Positions 20,204 to 30,418 of a stretch of DNA of 64,000 nt are shown piece by piece. The stretch is from Pirellulales bacterium. Lineage in GTDB: Bacteria > Planctomycetota > Planctomycetia > Pirellulales > PALSA-1355. The notes beneath the pieces are model-generated. The model worked only from the letters and a program-made list of their open reading frames with translations, was not told where the DNA came from and made no database searches. The translations under genes were made by a program, and so were the position numbers. The stretch is taken from contig JBFWOR010000012.1 of the NCBI GenBank assembly GCA_050250435.1, positions 1 through 64,000 of the forward strand. The letters run 5' to 3'. Position 1 is the stretch's first letter; the number at the start of each line of letters is the position of its first letter.

Positions 20204-23200
20204 ATGAAGTTCGAAACGCCAGCCAGAATCGTCATTGCGCTCGTTGCCCTGTCAGCCCCGGTGGTAGCTTCGCAGGCCGCCGAGCAGACGACGGATCCTT
20301 TTGCGGGCGTGGCCGAGGACTACACGGCCGACGCGCTGCCGCTGGTGCAAAAGTTCTGCCTGGAATGTCATTCCACAGCGGCGCAAGAGGGCGAACTCGA
20401 TCTGGAACAGTTCGCCAAGCTCGACGACGTGCGACGGGGCACCAAGGCCTGGCTCAAAGTGGCCGAGATGCTGGACAACGGCGAGATGCCGCCTAAAGAC
20501 GCCGCGCAGCCAACGCCGGAAGAACGGAAACGTTTGCGCGGTTGGGTGGCGGGCTACCTGCACGTCGAGGCACTGGCCCACGCCGGCGATCCCGGGCCCG
20601 TGGCGCTGCGCCGCTTGAACAACGCGCAGTTCAATTTCACGGTGCGCGATTTGACGGGCGTCGACTTGCGGCCGGCGCGCGAGTTTCCGGCTGATGGCGC
20701 CGCCGGCGAGGGTTTTACCAATGCCGGCAACGCGCTGGTCATGTCGCCGTCGCTGTTGACCAAGTATCTCGACGCGGGCAAGGAGATCGCCCGGCACGCC
20801 GTGCTGTTGCCGGATGGGATTCGGTTTTCACCCGGAGTTTCGCGGCGCGACTGGACGGATGAGCGGCTGGCCGAAATCCGCGCGACGTATCGACGGTATA
20901 CCGATCCGAGCGGCGGCACGAAGGTGAACCTGCAAGGCCTGTCGTGGGAGACCAACCAGGGCGGCCGGTTGCCATTGGAGCACTATCTGGCGGCGACGCT
21001 CGAGTGCCGCGCCGAGTTGGCCAAGGGCGCCGAGGCGATCGCGGCCGTCGCCGCGGAGCGCGGCCTGAATGCAAAATACTTGACCTCGCTGTGGCAGCTG
21101 CTTAACGACGACCAGGCGTCGCTGCTGGTCGCGGAGCTGCGCGATCGCTGGCGCACGGCGCAGCCGAGCGATGCCGCGGCGCTCGTGGCCCAAGTCGCCC
21201 GCTGGCAAGAAGTGCTGACCAGGTTTCAAGCGGTTGGCCACATGAAGACGTGGATGGCGCCGATGAGCCCGCTTGTTGCGCGGCAGGAAATTCGTCAGAA
21301 GTTGCCCGCTTCTGCCGACGGTCGCACGGTCACGCTCTATCTTGCGGCCGGTACGGCCGGCGACGGCGCCGCGCAGGACCTTGTTGTTTGGGAGCGACCC
21401 CGGTTGGTGGCCCCGGGCCGGCCCGAGCTCTTGCTGCGCGATGTGCGCGGCGTGACCGAGCGACTGGCTCAATTGCGCGAGCAGATTTTCGCTGCCACGG
21501 TGCCGGCGTTGGCCGCCGCCGACGAAGCGGGCCGCGCCGGCGGTGAGATCAACGTCGCAGAGCTGGCAACGAAGCACGGCGCCGACGCGGTGGCGGTTCG
21601 CGCGTGGCTCGACTTTCTGGGCATCGGCCCTTCGGCCGCGCTTGATCTGGCCCACTTGCAGGACCGCATCGAGACGTCCGCCGGCTATGCCTTTGTGCAA
21701 GGTTGGGGCACGAATGCCACGCCCAATGTCGTGGCCAACGCCTCCGACCAGCACGTGCGCATCCCTGGCAACATGAAGCCGCACGGAGTGGTGATGCATC
21801 CCGCGCCGACATTGCAGGTGGCCGCCGGTTGGAGAAGCCCCGTCACGGCGCAAATTCGCGTGCAAGGCAAGGTCACCAGCGCCCATCCCGAGTGCGGCAA
21901 CGGGGTTACCTGGTCGCTCGAAGTGCGCCGCGGCCGCACGCGCCAAACGCTGGCCGCGGGCAACGCGACTGGCGGCGCGCCGGGCAGCTTTGACATTGCG
22001 CAGCCGTTTGCGGTGCGCACGGGCGATCTGGTTTCGCTGTCGATCGGCCCGCGCGACGGCAATCATGGCTGTGACCTGACCGACATCGAGCTGGTGATTT
22101 CCACGGTTGGCGACGAGCCGCGCGAGTGGAACCTGGCCGCGGACGTCTCGCCCGACATGCTGGCCGGAAATCCGCATGCCGACCGACAGGGGCATGCCGA
22201 CGTGTGGCACTTTTATACCGAGCCGGTGGACGGCGGTACCGCCGGACCTGCCATTCCCGCCGGCTCGCTGTTGGCGCGCTGGCAAGCGGCCGGCAGCGAG
22301 GCGGAGAAGCGTCAACTGGCCGAGGAGCTGCTCAAACTGCTCACTGGCACGCCGCCGGCCGATGCCCAGCAACAGGACGCACAGCTATACCGACAACTGA
22401 CATCGCTGAGCGGGCCGTTGTTCCTGGCAGCTCGAGCTGACGCGCCGTCTGAGGCCGCGCCATCGGCGAGTGCGAAGACGGATTCGTCCTGGGGCCTTGA
22501 TCCCGCGATGTTTGGCAGCAGCCCCGTCGGTGCGACGATCGATCGCGCGAGCCTGGCCATGCAGGCGCCGGCAACGATTGAAATTCGGCTGCCGGCCGAT
22601 CTGGCCGAGGGCGCCGAGTTTGTGAGCAGCGGCGTTCTCGATGCGACGGCCGCTGCGGAAGGCAGCGTGCAGCTATTGGTTGCGCCGGCCCGGCCCGATG
22701 CGCTCGAAGCGTTGCGGCCCGACGCGCCGGTGCTCGTGGGCGAAGCGGGCGCTGCACGGCAGCGCTACGAGCGGGCCTTTGACGACCACCGCCGCTGGTT
22801 TCCCCGCGCCGTTTGCTATCCGCAGATCGTGCCGGTGGACGAAGTGGTGACCCTGACGCTGTTTCATCGCGAGGATGAGCCGCTGTGCCGATTGATGCTG
22901 GACGACGGCCAACGGGCCGCGCTCGACCGGCTGTGGAATGAGCTGCACTTTGTCAGCCAGGATGCGTTTGCGTCGGTCGACGCGTTCGCCCAGCTCATGG
23001 AGTATGCCACGCAGGACAGCGACCCGGGCCTGTTCGAGCCGTTCCGCAAGCCGATTTACGAGCGGGCCGCGGCGTATCGCGAGGAGCTGGTGGCCGCCGA
23101 GCCGCGCCATCTGGAGGCGGCCGTGCAACTGGCGTCGCAGGCCTATCGGCGTCGGCTGTCGGACGCGGAGGCGGACGAGTTGCGGGCGTTGTATCGCTCG

Positions 23201-24367
23201 CTGCGCGCGCAGGAATTGCCGCACGAGGATGCCATTCGCTTTACGCTGGCGCGGATCTTCGTGGCGCCGGCGTTCTTGTACCGCTGGGAAGAGCCGCCGT
23301 CCGGCGAGAAGCCGGGCCCGGTGAGTTCCTGGGAAATGGCGAGCCGATTGAGTTATTTTCTCTGGTCATCGCTGGGGGATGAGACGCTGCGGTCCGCGGC
23401 CGAAGAAGGCCGGCTGAACGATGCCGAAGAGCTGGCGACGCAGGCGCGCCGCATGCTCGGCGACGAGCGCGTGCGGCGGTTGGCCGGCGAATTCGCCTGC
23501 CAGTGGCTGCATATTTACGACTTCGACACGCTGGATGAAAAGAGCGAGCGGCACTTTCCGGAGTTCGTCGCCTTGCGCGGCGACATGTACGAAGAGGCGC
23601 AGCGCTTCTTTACCGACTTGTTCCAGCGCGACGGATCCGTGCTCGAAATCCTCAACGCCGATCACCTGTTCGTGAACGAAGCGCTGGCGAAGTTTTACGG
23701 CATTCCCAACGTGGCGGGGCCGGAGTGGCGCCGCGTGGACAACGCAGCAGCACACGGCCGGGGCGGCATTCTGGGCCTGGCTGCGACCTTGGCCAAGCAA
23801 TCCGGCGCCTCGCGCACCAGTCCTACGCTGCGCGGCAACTGGGTTTCTGAAGTGTTGCTGGGCGAAAAGCTGCCCAAGCCGCCGAAAGACGTGCCGCAAT
23901 TGCCCGAGGACGAAGCGGCCATCGAGGGCCTGACCGTGCGCCAACTGGTGGAGAAGCACGCCAGCGACGCGCGCTGTGCCGGCTGCCACGTGCGGGTCGA
24001 TCCGCTGGGATTCGCGCTCGAGGCGTTTGACGCGGTCGGCCGTCGGCGCACGGCCGACCTGGCGAACCGGCCCATCGACACCAGCACGCGCCTGGCGGAC
24101 GGAACGCAGTTCGACGGGCTGACAGGACTGCGCGACTATCTGTTGTCGCAGCGGCGCGACGTCGTGGTGCGTCAGTTCTGCCGCAAGCTGCTGGGTTATG
24201 CGCTGGGCCGCGGTCTGCAACTTTCGGACGAGCCCCTGTTGGACGAAATATGCCAGACGCTGGCGCGCGAGAACTATCGATTTTCGACGGCTGTGATTGC
24301 GATTGTGCAGAGCCGGCAGTTCCGCGAAATTCGCGGTCGCGACGCCCAGTTTGCCGAGGCGCCATGA
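20204..24367 (+). CDS. Giant planctomycete-specific protein of the DUF1592/DUF1588/DUF1587/DUF1585/DUF1595 (PSCyt3-PSD) family.
   Basis: 1387 aa with a signal peptide, a CLECHS heme-binding motif near the N-terminus, and family-typical architecture. Followed by a DUF1552 partner. Confidence 0.85.
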   Translation: MKFETPARIVIALVALSAPVVASQAAEQTTDPFAGVAEDYTADALPLVQKFCLECHSTAAQEGELDLEQFAKLDDVRRGTKAWLKVAEMLDNGEMPPKDAAQPTPEERKRLRGWVAGYLHVEALAHAGDPGPVALRRLNNAQFNFTVRDLTGVDLRPAREFPADGAAGEGFTNAGNALVMSPSLLTKYLDAGKEIARHAVLLPDGIRFSPGVSRRDWTDERLAEIRATYRRYTDPSGGTKVNLQGLSWETNQGGRLPLEHYLAATLECRAELAKGAEAIAAVAAERGLNAKYLTSLWQLLNDDQASLLVAELRDRWRTAQPSDAAALVAQVARWQEVLTRFQAVGHMKTWMAPMSPLVARQEIRQKLPASADGRTVTLYLAAGTAGDGAAQDLVVWERPRLVAPGRPELLLRDVRGVTERLAQLREQIFAATVPALAAADEAGRAGGEINVAELATKHGADAVAVRAWLDFLGIGPSAALDLAHLQDRIETSAGYAFVQGWGTNATPNVVANASDQHVRIPGNMKPHGVVMHPAPTLQVAAGWRSPVTAQIRVQGKVTSAHPECGNGVTWSLEVRRGRTRQTLAAGNATGGAPGSFDIAQPFAVRTGDLVSLSIGPRDGNHGCDLTDIELVISTVGDEPREWNLAADVSPDMLAGNPHADRQGHADVWHFYTEPVDGGTAGPAIPAGSLLARWQAAGSEAEKRQLAEELLKLLTGTPPADAQQQDAQLYRQLTSLSGPLFLAARADAPSEAAPSASAKTDSSWGLDPAMFGSSPVGATIDRASLAMQAPATIEIRLPADLAEGAEFVSSGVLDATAAAEGSVQLLVAPARPDALEALRPDAPVLVGEAGAARQRYERAFDDHRRWFPRAVCYPQIVPVDEVVTLTLFHREDEPLCRLMLDDGQRAALDRLWNELHFVSQDAFASVDAFAQLMEYATQDSDPGLFEPFRKPIYERAAAYREELVAAEPRHLEAAVQLASQAYRRRLSDAEADELRALYRSLRAQELPHEDAIRFTLARIFVAPAFLYRWEEPPSGEKPGPVSSWEMASRLSYFLWSSLGDETLRSAAEEGRLNDAEELATQARRMLGDERVRRLAGEFACQWLHIYDFDTLDEKSERHFPEFVALRGDMYEEAQRFFTDLFQRDGSVLEILNADHLFVNEALAKFYGIPNVAGPEWRRVDNAAAHGRGGILGLAATLAKQSGASRTSPTLRGNWVSEVLLGEKLPKPPKDVPQLPEDEAAIEGLTVRQLVEKHASDARCAGCHVRVDPLGFALEAFDAVGRRRTADLANRPIDTSTRLADGTQFDGLTGLRDYLLSQRRDVVVRQFCRKLLGYALGRGLQLSDEPLLDEICQTLARENYRFSTAVIAIVQSRQFREIRGRDAQFAEAP

Positions 24368-24436
24368 GGACGCGCCGCCGGGAGCATGCCTCGGTCCGGG
24401 CGGCCAGCATTCACTTGCCGGCGGAAATGACCCATA

Positions 24437-25774
24437 ATGATGAACAGTAACCCCACTAGCACGAGGACGAATATGAATCTCGAGCGACTTTCGCGCCGGA
24501 CTTTTCTGCGTGGCGTGGGCGTGAGCTTGGCCTTGCCGTGGCTCGAGTCGCGCGCCGTGTGGGCCGATGCCGCCGATCCGCAGTCGGCCGGCGATCCGCC
24601 GGTGCGCTTCGCGGCGCTGTTCTCCGGCAACGGCTTTCACAGCCGCGAGTGGTGGGCTGAAGGGCAGGGGCGCGACATGAAGCTCGGCCAGGTGCTGGCG
24701 CCCTTGAGTGACTTTCGCGAGAAGCTGCTGTTCATCCAAGGGCTGCACAATGCCGAGGCCCTCAAAGGCAACATCCACAGCTCGCAGACCGGCAACTTGC
24801 TCAGCGGGGCGCCGCTGGCTTCCGGCGGCGAGATTCGCTCTGGCACGAGCATCGACCAGGTGATCGCCCAGCAGCTCGGCCATGCCAACAAGGTGCCAAG
24901 TCTGGTGTTGGGCTGCGAAAAGTCGAATCCCTCGGTGCACAAGAACTACTCGATGCTCTATAGCTCGCACATTTCGTGGAGCTCGCCGACGAGCCCCACG
25001 CCGCTCGAGCTGTATCCGGCGCTGGCGTTCGATCGGCTGTTCAAAGACGAGGTGCAGCGCGGCGACGAGAGCGTGCTGGACGCGGTGCTGGAAGACGCCA
25101 CCGACATCCGCCGCCAGATCAGCGCTGCCGACCAGCGCAAGCTCGACGAATACCTGGAGAGCGTGCGCGACGTGGAGCGCCGCATTGCCAACGCGGGCAA
25201 GAAGGGTGAACTGCAAGGCTGGCGGCCTACGCTCGAAGGCCCGAACGTTCCGCGCCCCGCCGACGGCATTCCCCAGGACATCAGCGAGCACATGCGGCTG
25301 ATGTGCGACATTCTGGTGCTCGGCTTCCAGACCGACACCACGCGGGTTTGTACGCTCAAGCTCAACAACGACCACAGCTCGCTGCGCTTCCCGCACCTGG
25401 GCGTGGACTACATGATCCACCACCTGCTGTCGCACTCCGACACGGCCGACTGGCTGAAGGTGAACCAGTTCTTCCTGGAACAGGTGGGCTATATTGCTCG
25501 CAAGCTCGATGCGATTCAGGAAGGCGAGCGCACGGCGCTCGACAACTCGGTGCTGTTGTACTGTTCGAGCATGTTGACGGGCAATCACGACGCCACGAAG
25601 TTGCCGGTGGTGGTGGTGGGCCGCGGCGGCGGCAAGCTGGAAAGCGGGCGCACGCTCGACTATCGCGAGCGAGCGGAGCGCAAAATGTGCAGCCTGTACT
25701 TGTCGCTAATGGACAAGGTGGGCGTGCGGCTGAAGCAGTTTGGCGACGCTGAGCAGCGGTTGGCGGAGGTGTAG
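24437..25774 (+). CDS. DUF1552 family protein with a Tat signal.
   Basis: RRTFLRGVGVSLALPWLESRAVWA. It is the characteristic partner of DUF1592 proteins. Confidence 0.85.
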   Translation: MMNSNPTSTRTNMNLERLSRRTFLRGVGVSLALPWLESRAVWADAADPQSAGDPPVRFAALFSGNGFHSREWWAEGQGRDMKLGQVLAPLSDFREKLLFIQGLHNAEALKGNIHSSQTGNLLSGAPLASGGEIRSGTSIDQVIAQQLGHANKVPSLVLGCEKSNPSVHKNYSMLYSSHISWSSPTSPTPLELYPALAFDRLFKDEVQRGDESVLDAVLEDATDIRRQISAADQRKLDEYLESVRDVERRIANAGKKGELQGWRPTLEGPNVPRPADGIPQDISEHMRLMCDILVLGFQTDTTRVCTLKLNNDHSSLRFPHLGVDYMIHHLLSHSDTADWLKVNQFFLEQVGYIARKLDAIQEGERTALDNSVLLYCSSMLTGNHDATKLPVVVVGRGGGKLESGRTLDYRERAERKMCSLYLSLMDKVGVRLKQFGDAEQRLAEV

Positions 25775-25833
25775 CGCGGCTTCGGTGCCAGGGGTGGCGC
25801 GCAGCGACACCCCCGTGCCTGGCCGCCCAGCCG

Positions 25834-27033
25834 TTACCGCGGCGGCGCGATGCCTTCCATCTTGGCGATGATGCCCAGCATGATTTCGTCGGCGCCGGCG
25901 CCGATCGACATCAGCCGCGAATCGCGGAAGTAGCGGGCCATGGGGTACTCTTCCATGTAGCCCATGCCGCCGTGGAACTGCAGGCAGGTGTCGGCCACCT
26001 CACGCACCAGCCGGCCGGCCTTCAGCTTCACCATCGAGGCTTCGCGGGTATAGTCTTCGCCGCGATCCATCAGCCGGCCACACTGGTAGCACATCTGCCG
26101 CAGGAATTCGATTTCCGCGATCAGCTCGGTGAGCTTGAAGTAGATCCACTGGTTCTCGATCAAGGGCTTGCCGAACGTCTTGCGGCCGCGGCAATACTCG
26201 ATGGTCATGCGCACGATCTTCTCCGCGCCGGCAGCGGCGCCCAGTCCGCTCACCAGCCGCTCGTTCTGGAACTGCTGCATCTGGTAGATGAAGCCCAGGC
26301 CTTCTTCGCCGATGCGGTTGTCCACCGGCACGCGCACGTTGTCGAACACCAGCTCGGCGGTGTCGCTGGCCCAGTTGCCCATCTTTTTGAGTTTCTTGGC
26401 CACCGTGAAGCCGGGCACGTCGGTGGGCACGATGATCAGCGACATGCCTTTGTAGGTGGTGCCGGGCGAGGTGCGGGCCAACAGGCAAATCCAATCGGCC
26501 TGGGCGCCGTTGGTGATGAACATCTTGCTGCCGTTGATCACGTACTCGTTGCCTACGCGCTCGGCCTTGGTGCGAATCGAAGCGACGTCGGAGCCTGCTT
26601 CGGGCTCGGTGACGGCGACCGAGCAGACGGCGTCGCCGCGGATGGCCGGCTCGAGAAAGCGCTTCTTCAATTCGTGCGAGCCAAATTGATTCAAGGCCGG
26701 CGTAGCCATGTCGGTCTGCACGCCGATGGCCATGGGAATAGCGCCGCCCTTGATCCGTGTCAGCTCTTCGGCCAGGGCCATGTTGTACCAGTAGTCGGCG
26801 CCGGCCCCGCCGTATTCCTCAGGATACGAGAGGCCCAGCAGTCCCAGATCGCCGGCCTTCTTGAACAGCTCGTGGGCCGGAAAGATTTCGGCTTCTTCCC
26901 AAGCGTCGACGTAGGGGTTGATTTCCTGGTCGATGAAGCGGCGCACCGTTTCGCGAAACAGTTGATGTGCCTTGGTAAAGCCGGTGCCCGGAATAACCGC
27001 TTCGGAGCCTACGTCGCGTAGCTGCGTGGCCAT
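25834..27033 (-). CDS. Acyl-CoA dehydrogenase.
   Basis: ACAD N-terminal, middle and C-terminal signatures (GSKMFITNG, YxxGRxxxxKP-like). Start at MATQLRDV (27033) with GAGGAG 9 nt upstream. Confidence 0.85.
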   Translation of the reverse strand: MATQLRDVGSEAVIPGTGFTKAHQLFRETVRRFIDQEINPYVDAWEEAEIFPAHELFKKAGDLGLLGLSYPEEYGGAGADYWYNMALAEELTRIKGGAIPMAIGVQTDMATPALNQFGSHELKKRFLEPAIRGDAVCSVAVTEPEAGSDVASIRTKAERVGNEYVINGSKMFITNGAQADWICLLARTSPGTTYKGMSLIIVPTDVPGFTVAKKLKKMGNWASDTAELVFDNVRVPVDNRIGEEGLGFIYQMQQFQNERLVSGLGAAAGAEKIVRMTIEYCRGRKTFGKPLIENQWIYFKLTELIAEIEFLRQMCYQCGRLMDRGEDYTREASMVKLKAGRLVREVADTCLQFHGGMGYMEEYPMARYFRDSRLMSIGAGADEIMLGIIAKMEGIAPPR

Positions 27034-27204
27034 GTAAACCCACTCCTCAAGACTGCTGCGAGAGAAACGCGCGGAAGAAATGCCGCCAGCTGGAAATTCT
27101 AGCCAGCGGTGGCAGTCGATGCCAGACACGGTTTGAGAGGCCGTCGACACGGCGCCACTCAGCCGCCGGCGGCGCGTTGTCAGGCCGTGTGGCTGGCCGC
27201 GCCG

Positions 27205-28017
27205 TCACGCTCCGCCGTAGGCAAACTGCGTCTTGGTCGCGCCCTCGGGCAGGCACCACTCGAGTGCTTGCACGGCCGCGAACAAGTCGCAGGCGAGCTG
27301 GGCATGGAGGGGGTCGTATTGCTCGCGTTTGTCGCCGTAGCGAAACGACAATTCCGCCGCGATGGTGCGCGATTTCCACTCGTACGACCAGAATATCAAG
27401 GCGACCGTGGCCAGCACGTCGCCGCCGAGCGCAAAAACGGGGCCCTTCCAGACGCGCTCCTTGGCCTGAAAATCGTTCACGACGACCAGCGGCGTGCGGT
27501 TGCGGCCGTTGGTATCACCTTCGTTCAGCGCGGCCAACAAAGGGAAGATTTTGGCCGCGGCGGCCACGGTTTTGGGCAGCTTGGCGCCCTGCTTGTCCAC
27601 TTTGACCGTGGAAGAGTGCGAAAAGCGGCTGCGAAACGGCGGCGCAATATCCTCCTCGAACTTCGGCTGGGGCTCGTGCTTGCGGCGCGCATGCACCTGA
27701 GCGTGCTCGGCCACGTAGCGGTCGGGGCTGCGGCATTTGAGCGTAAACTGGCGATCGTTGCCGCCGTCGGCCTCCAGGCGGCGGCGCAGAATCAAGCTGT
27801 TTCGCCGCAACAGGCAATCCGCGGTATCCAGAAACTCGATGGTGCGCCGCTCTTTGACGTCAAAGTCGTTTGCCAGTGGCGCGCCCACGCGCTCGCCGGT
27901 TCTGGCCAGGTCGGCGAGCAACTCCGCGACCGCCGCCTTGCGCGATTGCAGCAGCCGATGATCCAGCATCACCTTGTATTCGCGCGAACTGACCTTAGGC
28001 ACGCCGTGGCCTCCCAC
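27205..28017 (-). CDS. Hypothetical protein, possibly CYTH-like (very tentative).
   Basis: 270-aa ORF with consistent codon usage. It is 18 bp from the downstream LCCL gene on the same strand. Confidence 0.5.
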   Translation of the reverse strand: MGGHGVPKVSSREYKVMLDHRLLQSRKAAVAELLADLARTGERVGAPLANDFDVKERRTIEFLDTADCLLRRNSLILRRRLEADGGNDRQFTLKCRSPDRYVAEHAQVHARRKHEPQPKFEEDIAPPFRSRFSHSSTVKVDKQGAKLPKTVAAAAKIFPLLAALNEGDTNGRNRTPLVVVNDFQAKERVWKGPVFALGGDVLATVALIFWSYEWKSRTIAAELSFRYGDKREQYDPLHAQLACDLFAAVQALEWCLPEGATKTQFAYGGA

Positions 28018-28035
28018 TTGCAGAGCTGACGGCGC

Positions 28036-29172
28036 TCACCGTGCGCGGATTGCGCCGCGGACCCGCAGGCGCTGTTGCGGGCCTTCGTTCTCCTTGACGA
28101 ACGCAAAGCCGGAGGGATACTCGCCCCAGTTGGCGCTGGGCACACCGTTGCGAACCGAGCCGGCGAACGTGGCTTGCGGCCCCACGATCCGCACGCCCAC
28201 GACCTTGCTTTCGCCCGGCAGGGCCGCGCCGGCATGCACCGCGGCCAGTCCCAGGTGGGAATCATAGGTATAGATGTCGGTGCCCCAGACGGCTCCCGGC
28301 TGCATGCCGGGCCGGGGCGCCTGCACTTTGAAAAAGAAGGTTTGGCCGATTTTCTCGCGGTAATCGGTGAGCGTGCCTGGATCGGCCAGCACGTTTTGCT
28401 GAGCGGCCTGCTCCTCCAGCCCCGTGCTCAGGTGGCGCAAATGCACGAGCGTCAGCTGCTGGTTGCCGAACAGTGCGGTTTCGACGTTCAGGCTCGGCAG
28501 GTCGATGGTGCCGGCGATTTGCGACTTATCGGTGTATACAACATCCTCGGTCCGGGCTTGGAGCAGCTCTTCGGGGACGTCCTTGCGAATGCGCTCGAGC
28601 AACAGTTCCGAGCGACGGGCCACTTCCGGATCTTCGCTCTTGGCGCTCTTGGTCAAGGCCGCATAGGCGTTGGCACCCAGGGAGAGCAACTCGGCGCTGG
28701 CCGCCTCGCGCGTGGCGTACTCTTCGGCCCCCAGCTTCTCGATGGCGGCATTCGTGCGCTCGACGATCTCGCCGGCAACGCGCGTGGCGAAATCGATCTG
28801 GCGAATCTCCGCCGCCGGAATCAGCAGCTTGCCGAACTCCGTCTGCAGCGGAATCTTCTCGTCGAGCAGGCGCACCTTGAGCATGCTGCCGTCGCTCGAG
28901 CGAATGTCAAAACGGTCTTTGGGTTGATTGGCCGCGGCCGCGGCGATTTCCTTGGTCGCGGTTTCCGCGGGCTTCGCGTCGGCCGGCGCCGCTGCGGGCG
29001 CCTGTTGCGCTTCGGCCGCGGGGGCCGCCGCGGCGGGTGGCGGTTGAAGTTCGATCAAGCCCTCCAGTGCGAGCGCCCGCGCGCTCGAGACGGCTATCAG
29101 CCACGTGCTGCCCATGCGCAGCGCAGCTCGCAGTTTGCCGTGCAACGAGTTGCGATTGAGACCGCTGGCCAT
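28036..29172 (-). CDS. Secreted LCCL-domain protein.
   Basis: N-terminal signal-like segment and an Ala/Pro/Gln-rich linker. The C-terminal VWGTDIYTYDSHLGLAAVHAG matches the LCCL core (G-TD-YT-DS-x-AAVHAG). Confidence 0.6.
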   Translation of the reverse strand: MASGLNRNSLHGKLRAALRMGSTWLIAVSSARALALEGLIELQPPPAAAAPAAEAQQAPAAAPADAKPAETATKEIAAAAANQPKDRFDIRSSDGSMLKVRLLDEKIPLQTEFGKLLIPAAEIRQIDFATRVAGEIVERTNAAIEKLGAEEYATREAASAELLSLGANAYAALTKSAKSEDPEVARRSELLLERIRKDVPEELLQARTEDVVYTDKSQIAGTIDLPSLNVETALFGNQQLTLVHLRHLSTGLEEQAAQQNVLADPGTLTDYREKIGQTFFFKVQAPRPGMQPGAVWGTDIYTYDSHLGLAAVHAGAALPGESKVVGVRIVGPQATFAGSVRNGVPSANWGEYPSGFAFVKENEGPQQRLRVRGAIRAR

Positions 29173-29476
29173 CGGTGCCTCTCCTTGCTCAAGTGCCTGT
29201 GGTAGCTCTCTGTTCCGCGCTGCACGCTGTCGACGCGTGCGACTTTTAATATAGTCGATTCCCCGGCATCAGGCGGGGAGCGTGGGCACTAGAACTGGGG
29301 GCACCTGGTCGGCGACAAAGCTCACCGCCGGGGCGTGCACTTGCGGGTCGTCGAACGGCCGGACGTTCGGTGGCAGAAGCGGCTTAACCAGCGAGACTTG
29401 CGTCGAAAATGGCCGGCAGTAACAAACGCCGAAATCGCGCCCTCGATGGCGGCCACCGACGGCCATGTCGCGGCGG

Positions 29477-30286
29477 CTACGGCTGCCGTGGAGGCTCGTC
29501 GTCGTGACCCGCGGCCGCGGCGTCGGTGGCGTCGCGATGAAACTCCCACAAGATGCTCTGCCCGCTCGTGTCCCCGAAGAATCGGACCAGCGTCCGCTTC
29601 TGCAAATGATTCAAGAGGTGAACGGTTTCCTGGAGGCGCGTTTTGCGGGCCAGTTCTTCCTGGCAGGGGAGCGGATTGTCGATGCGTGATTGCCAGCCGG
29701 CTTCCTCGAAGGCGGCCAGAACGGACTCCTGGTCCAGCGACGCGACGTTGTAGCGTTTCACGAGCATCGAGCCCACGCGCAGCTCGCGCCGATTTCGATC
29801 CCAGCGCGGCGTGCGCGCCAGCGAGTAAGCGGGCCGCTCGCGCAGCTCTTGGGCCGGCGCGGCTGGTTGCGCAGGAGCATCTTCGGCTTCGACTCCGCCG
29901 CGCAGATCATAGGCTAGTTCCACGCCGGCCGCTGTCAGCACGAAACACGAGCGGCGGCCAAAGTGTGGCCGGCCGGAATCGAGAAAGTCGCGCGTGCCTT
30001 CCCGCATCCGCGGAATTTCCAACGCGTGCTCGACCAGCTCGCGCGCCAGCAACCAACGCAGTTCGCGGTTCGTGAGCTTCAGGCGGCGCAGCGTCTCGAT
30101 TTCGACGGCGAAATCCCAATCGCTGGTGTCGAGATCGCGTGCGTATTCATGCGCTTCCAGCAGGGCTGCCAAGGCGGCTTGAACGTGCGCGGACAGGAGG
30201 CTCTTGGCGGACTCGCTGGAGTGCAGGTCGCCGTCGGCTCGGGCGGCGCGGCGCGATTCTACGGCCGACATTCTCAAGGCTTCCAT
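29477..30286 (-). CDS. Hypothetical protein, paralog A of a divergently arranged pair.
   Basis: 269 aa. It shares with 30623-31423 the blocks LTNxxLRWLxAxxxVEH, FxxxxRPxFG/RRTP, VLxAFEExGW and RIDxPLP. Confidence 0.6.
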   Translation of the reverse strand: MEALRMSAVESRRAARADGDLHSSESAKSLLSAHVQAALAALLEAHEYARDLDTSDWDFAVEIETLRRLKLTNRELRWLLARELVEHALEIPRMREGTRDFLDSGRPHFGRRSCFVLTAAGVELAYDLRGGVEAEDAPAQPAAPAQELRERPAYSLARTPRWDRNRRELRVGSMLVKRYNVASLDQESVLAAFEEAGWQSRIDNPLPCQEELARKTRLQETVHLLNHLQKRTLVRFFGDTSGQSILWEFHRDATDAAAAGHDDEPPRQP

Positions 30287-30380
30287 GGCAACGTCTCCAC
30301 GTCGAGAGAATCATCAAGGTTGGAATCATCAGAGGGGGTCTCGTAGTGTTGCCGTTCTCTGTCCTGCAGGATTTACCGCC

Positions 30381-30418
30381 AAAAAAAGCCCGCACTCACC
30401 GCCTGTGGCGAGTCGGGC
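30381..30418 (-). terminator. Intrinsic terminator on the minus strand: a GC-rich imperfect stem (GCCCGACTCGCC...GGCGGTGAGTGCGGGC) followed by U7.
   Basis: The plus strand reads aaaaaaaGCCCGCACTCACCGCC-tgt-GGCGAGTCGGGC. A 7-nt homopolymer is very rare in this GC-rich window. It lies inside the divergent intergenic region, ~90 nt upstream of the minus-strand ATG at 30286. Confidence 0.45.

Noticed and set aside
25775-25833. Imperfect hairpin (GCCAGGGGTG...CACCCCCGTGCCTGGC) between the convergent DUF1552 and acyl-CoA dehydrogenase genes, as a bidirectional terminator.
   Set aside because: The stem has a 6-nt asymmetric bulge and no U-tract on either strand. Too weak to call.
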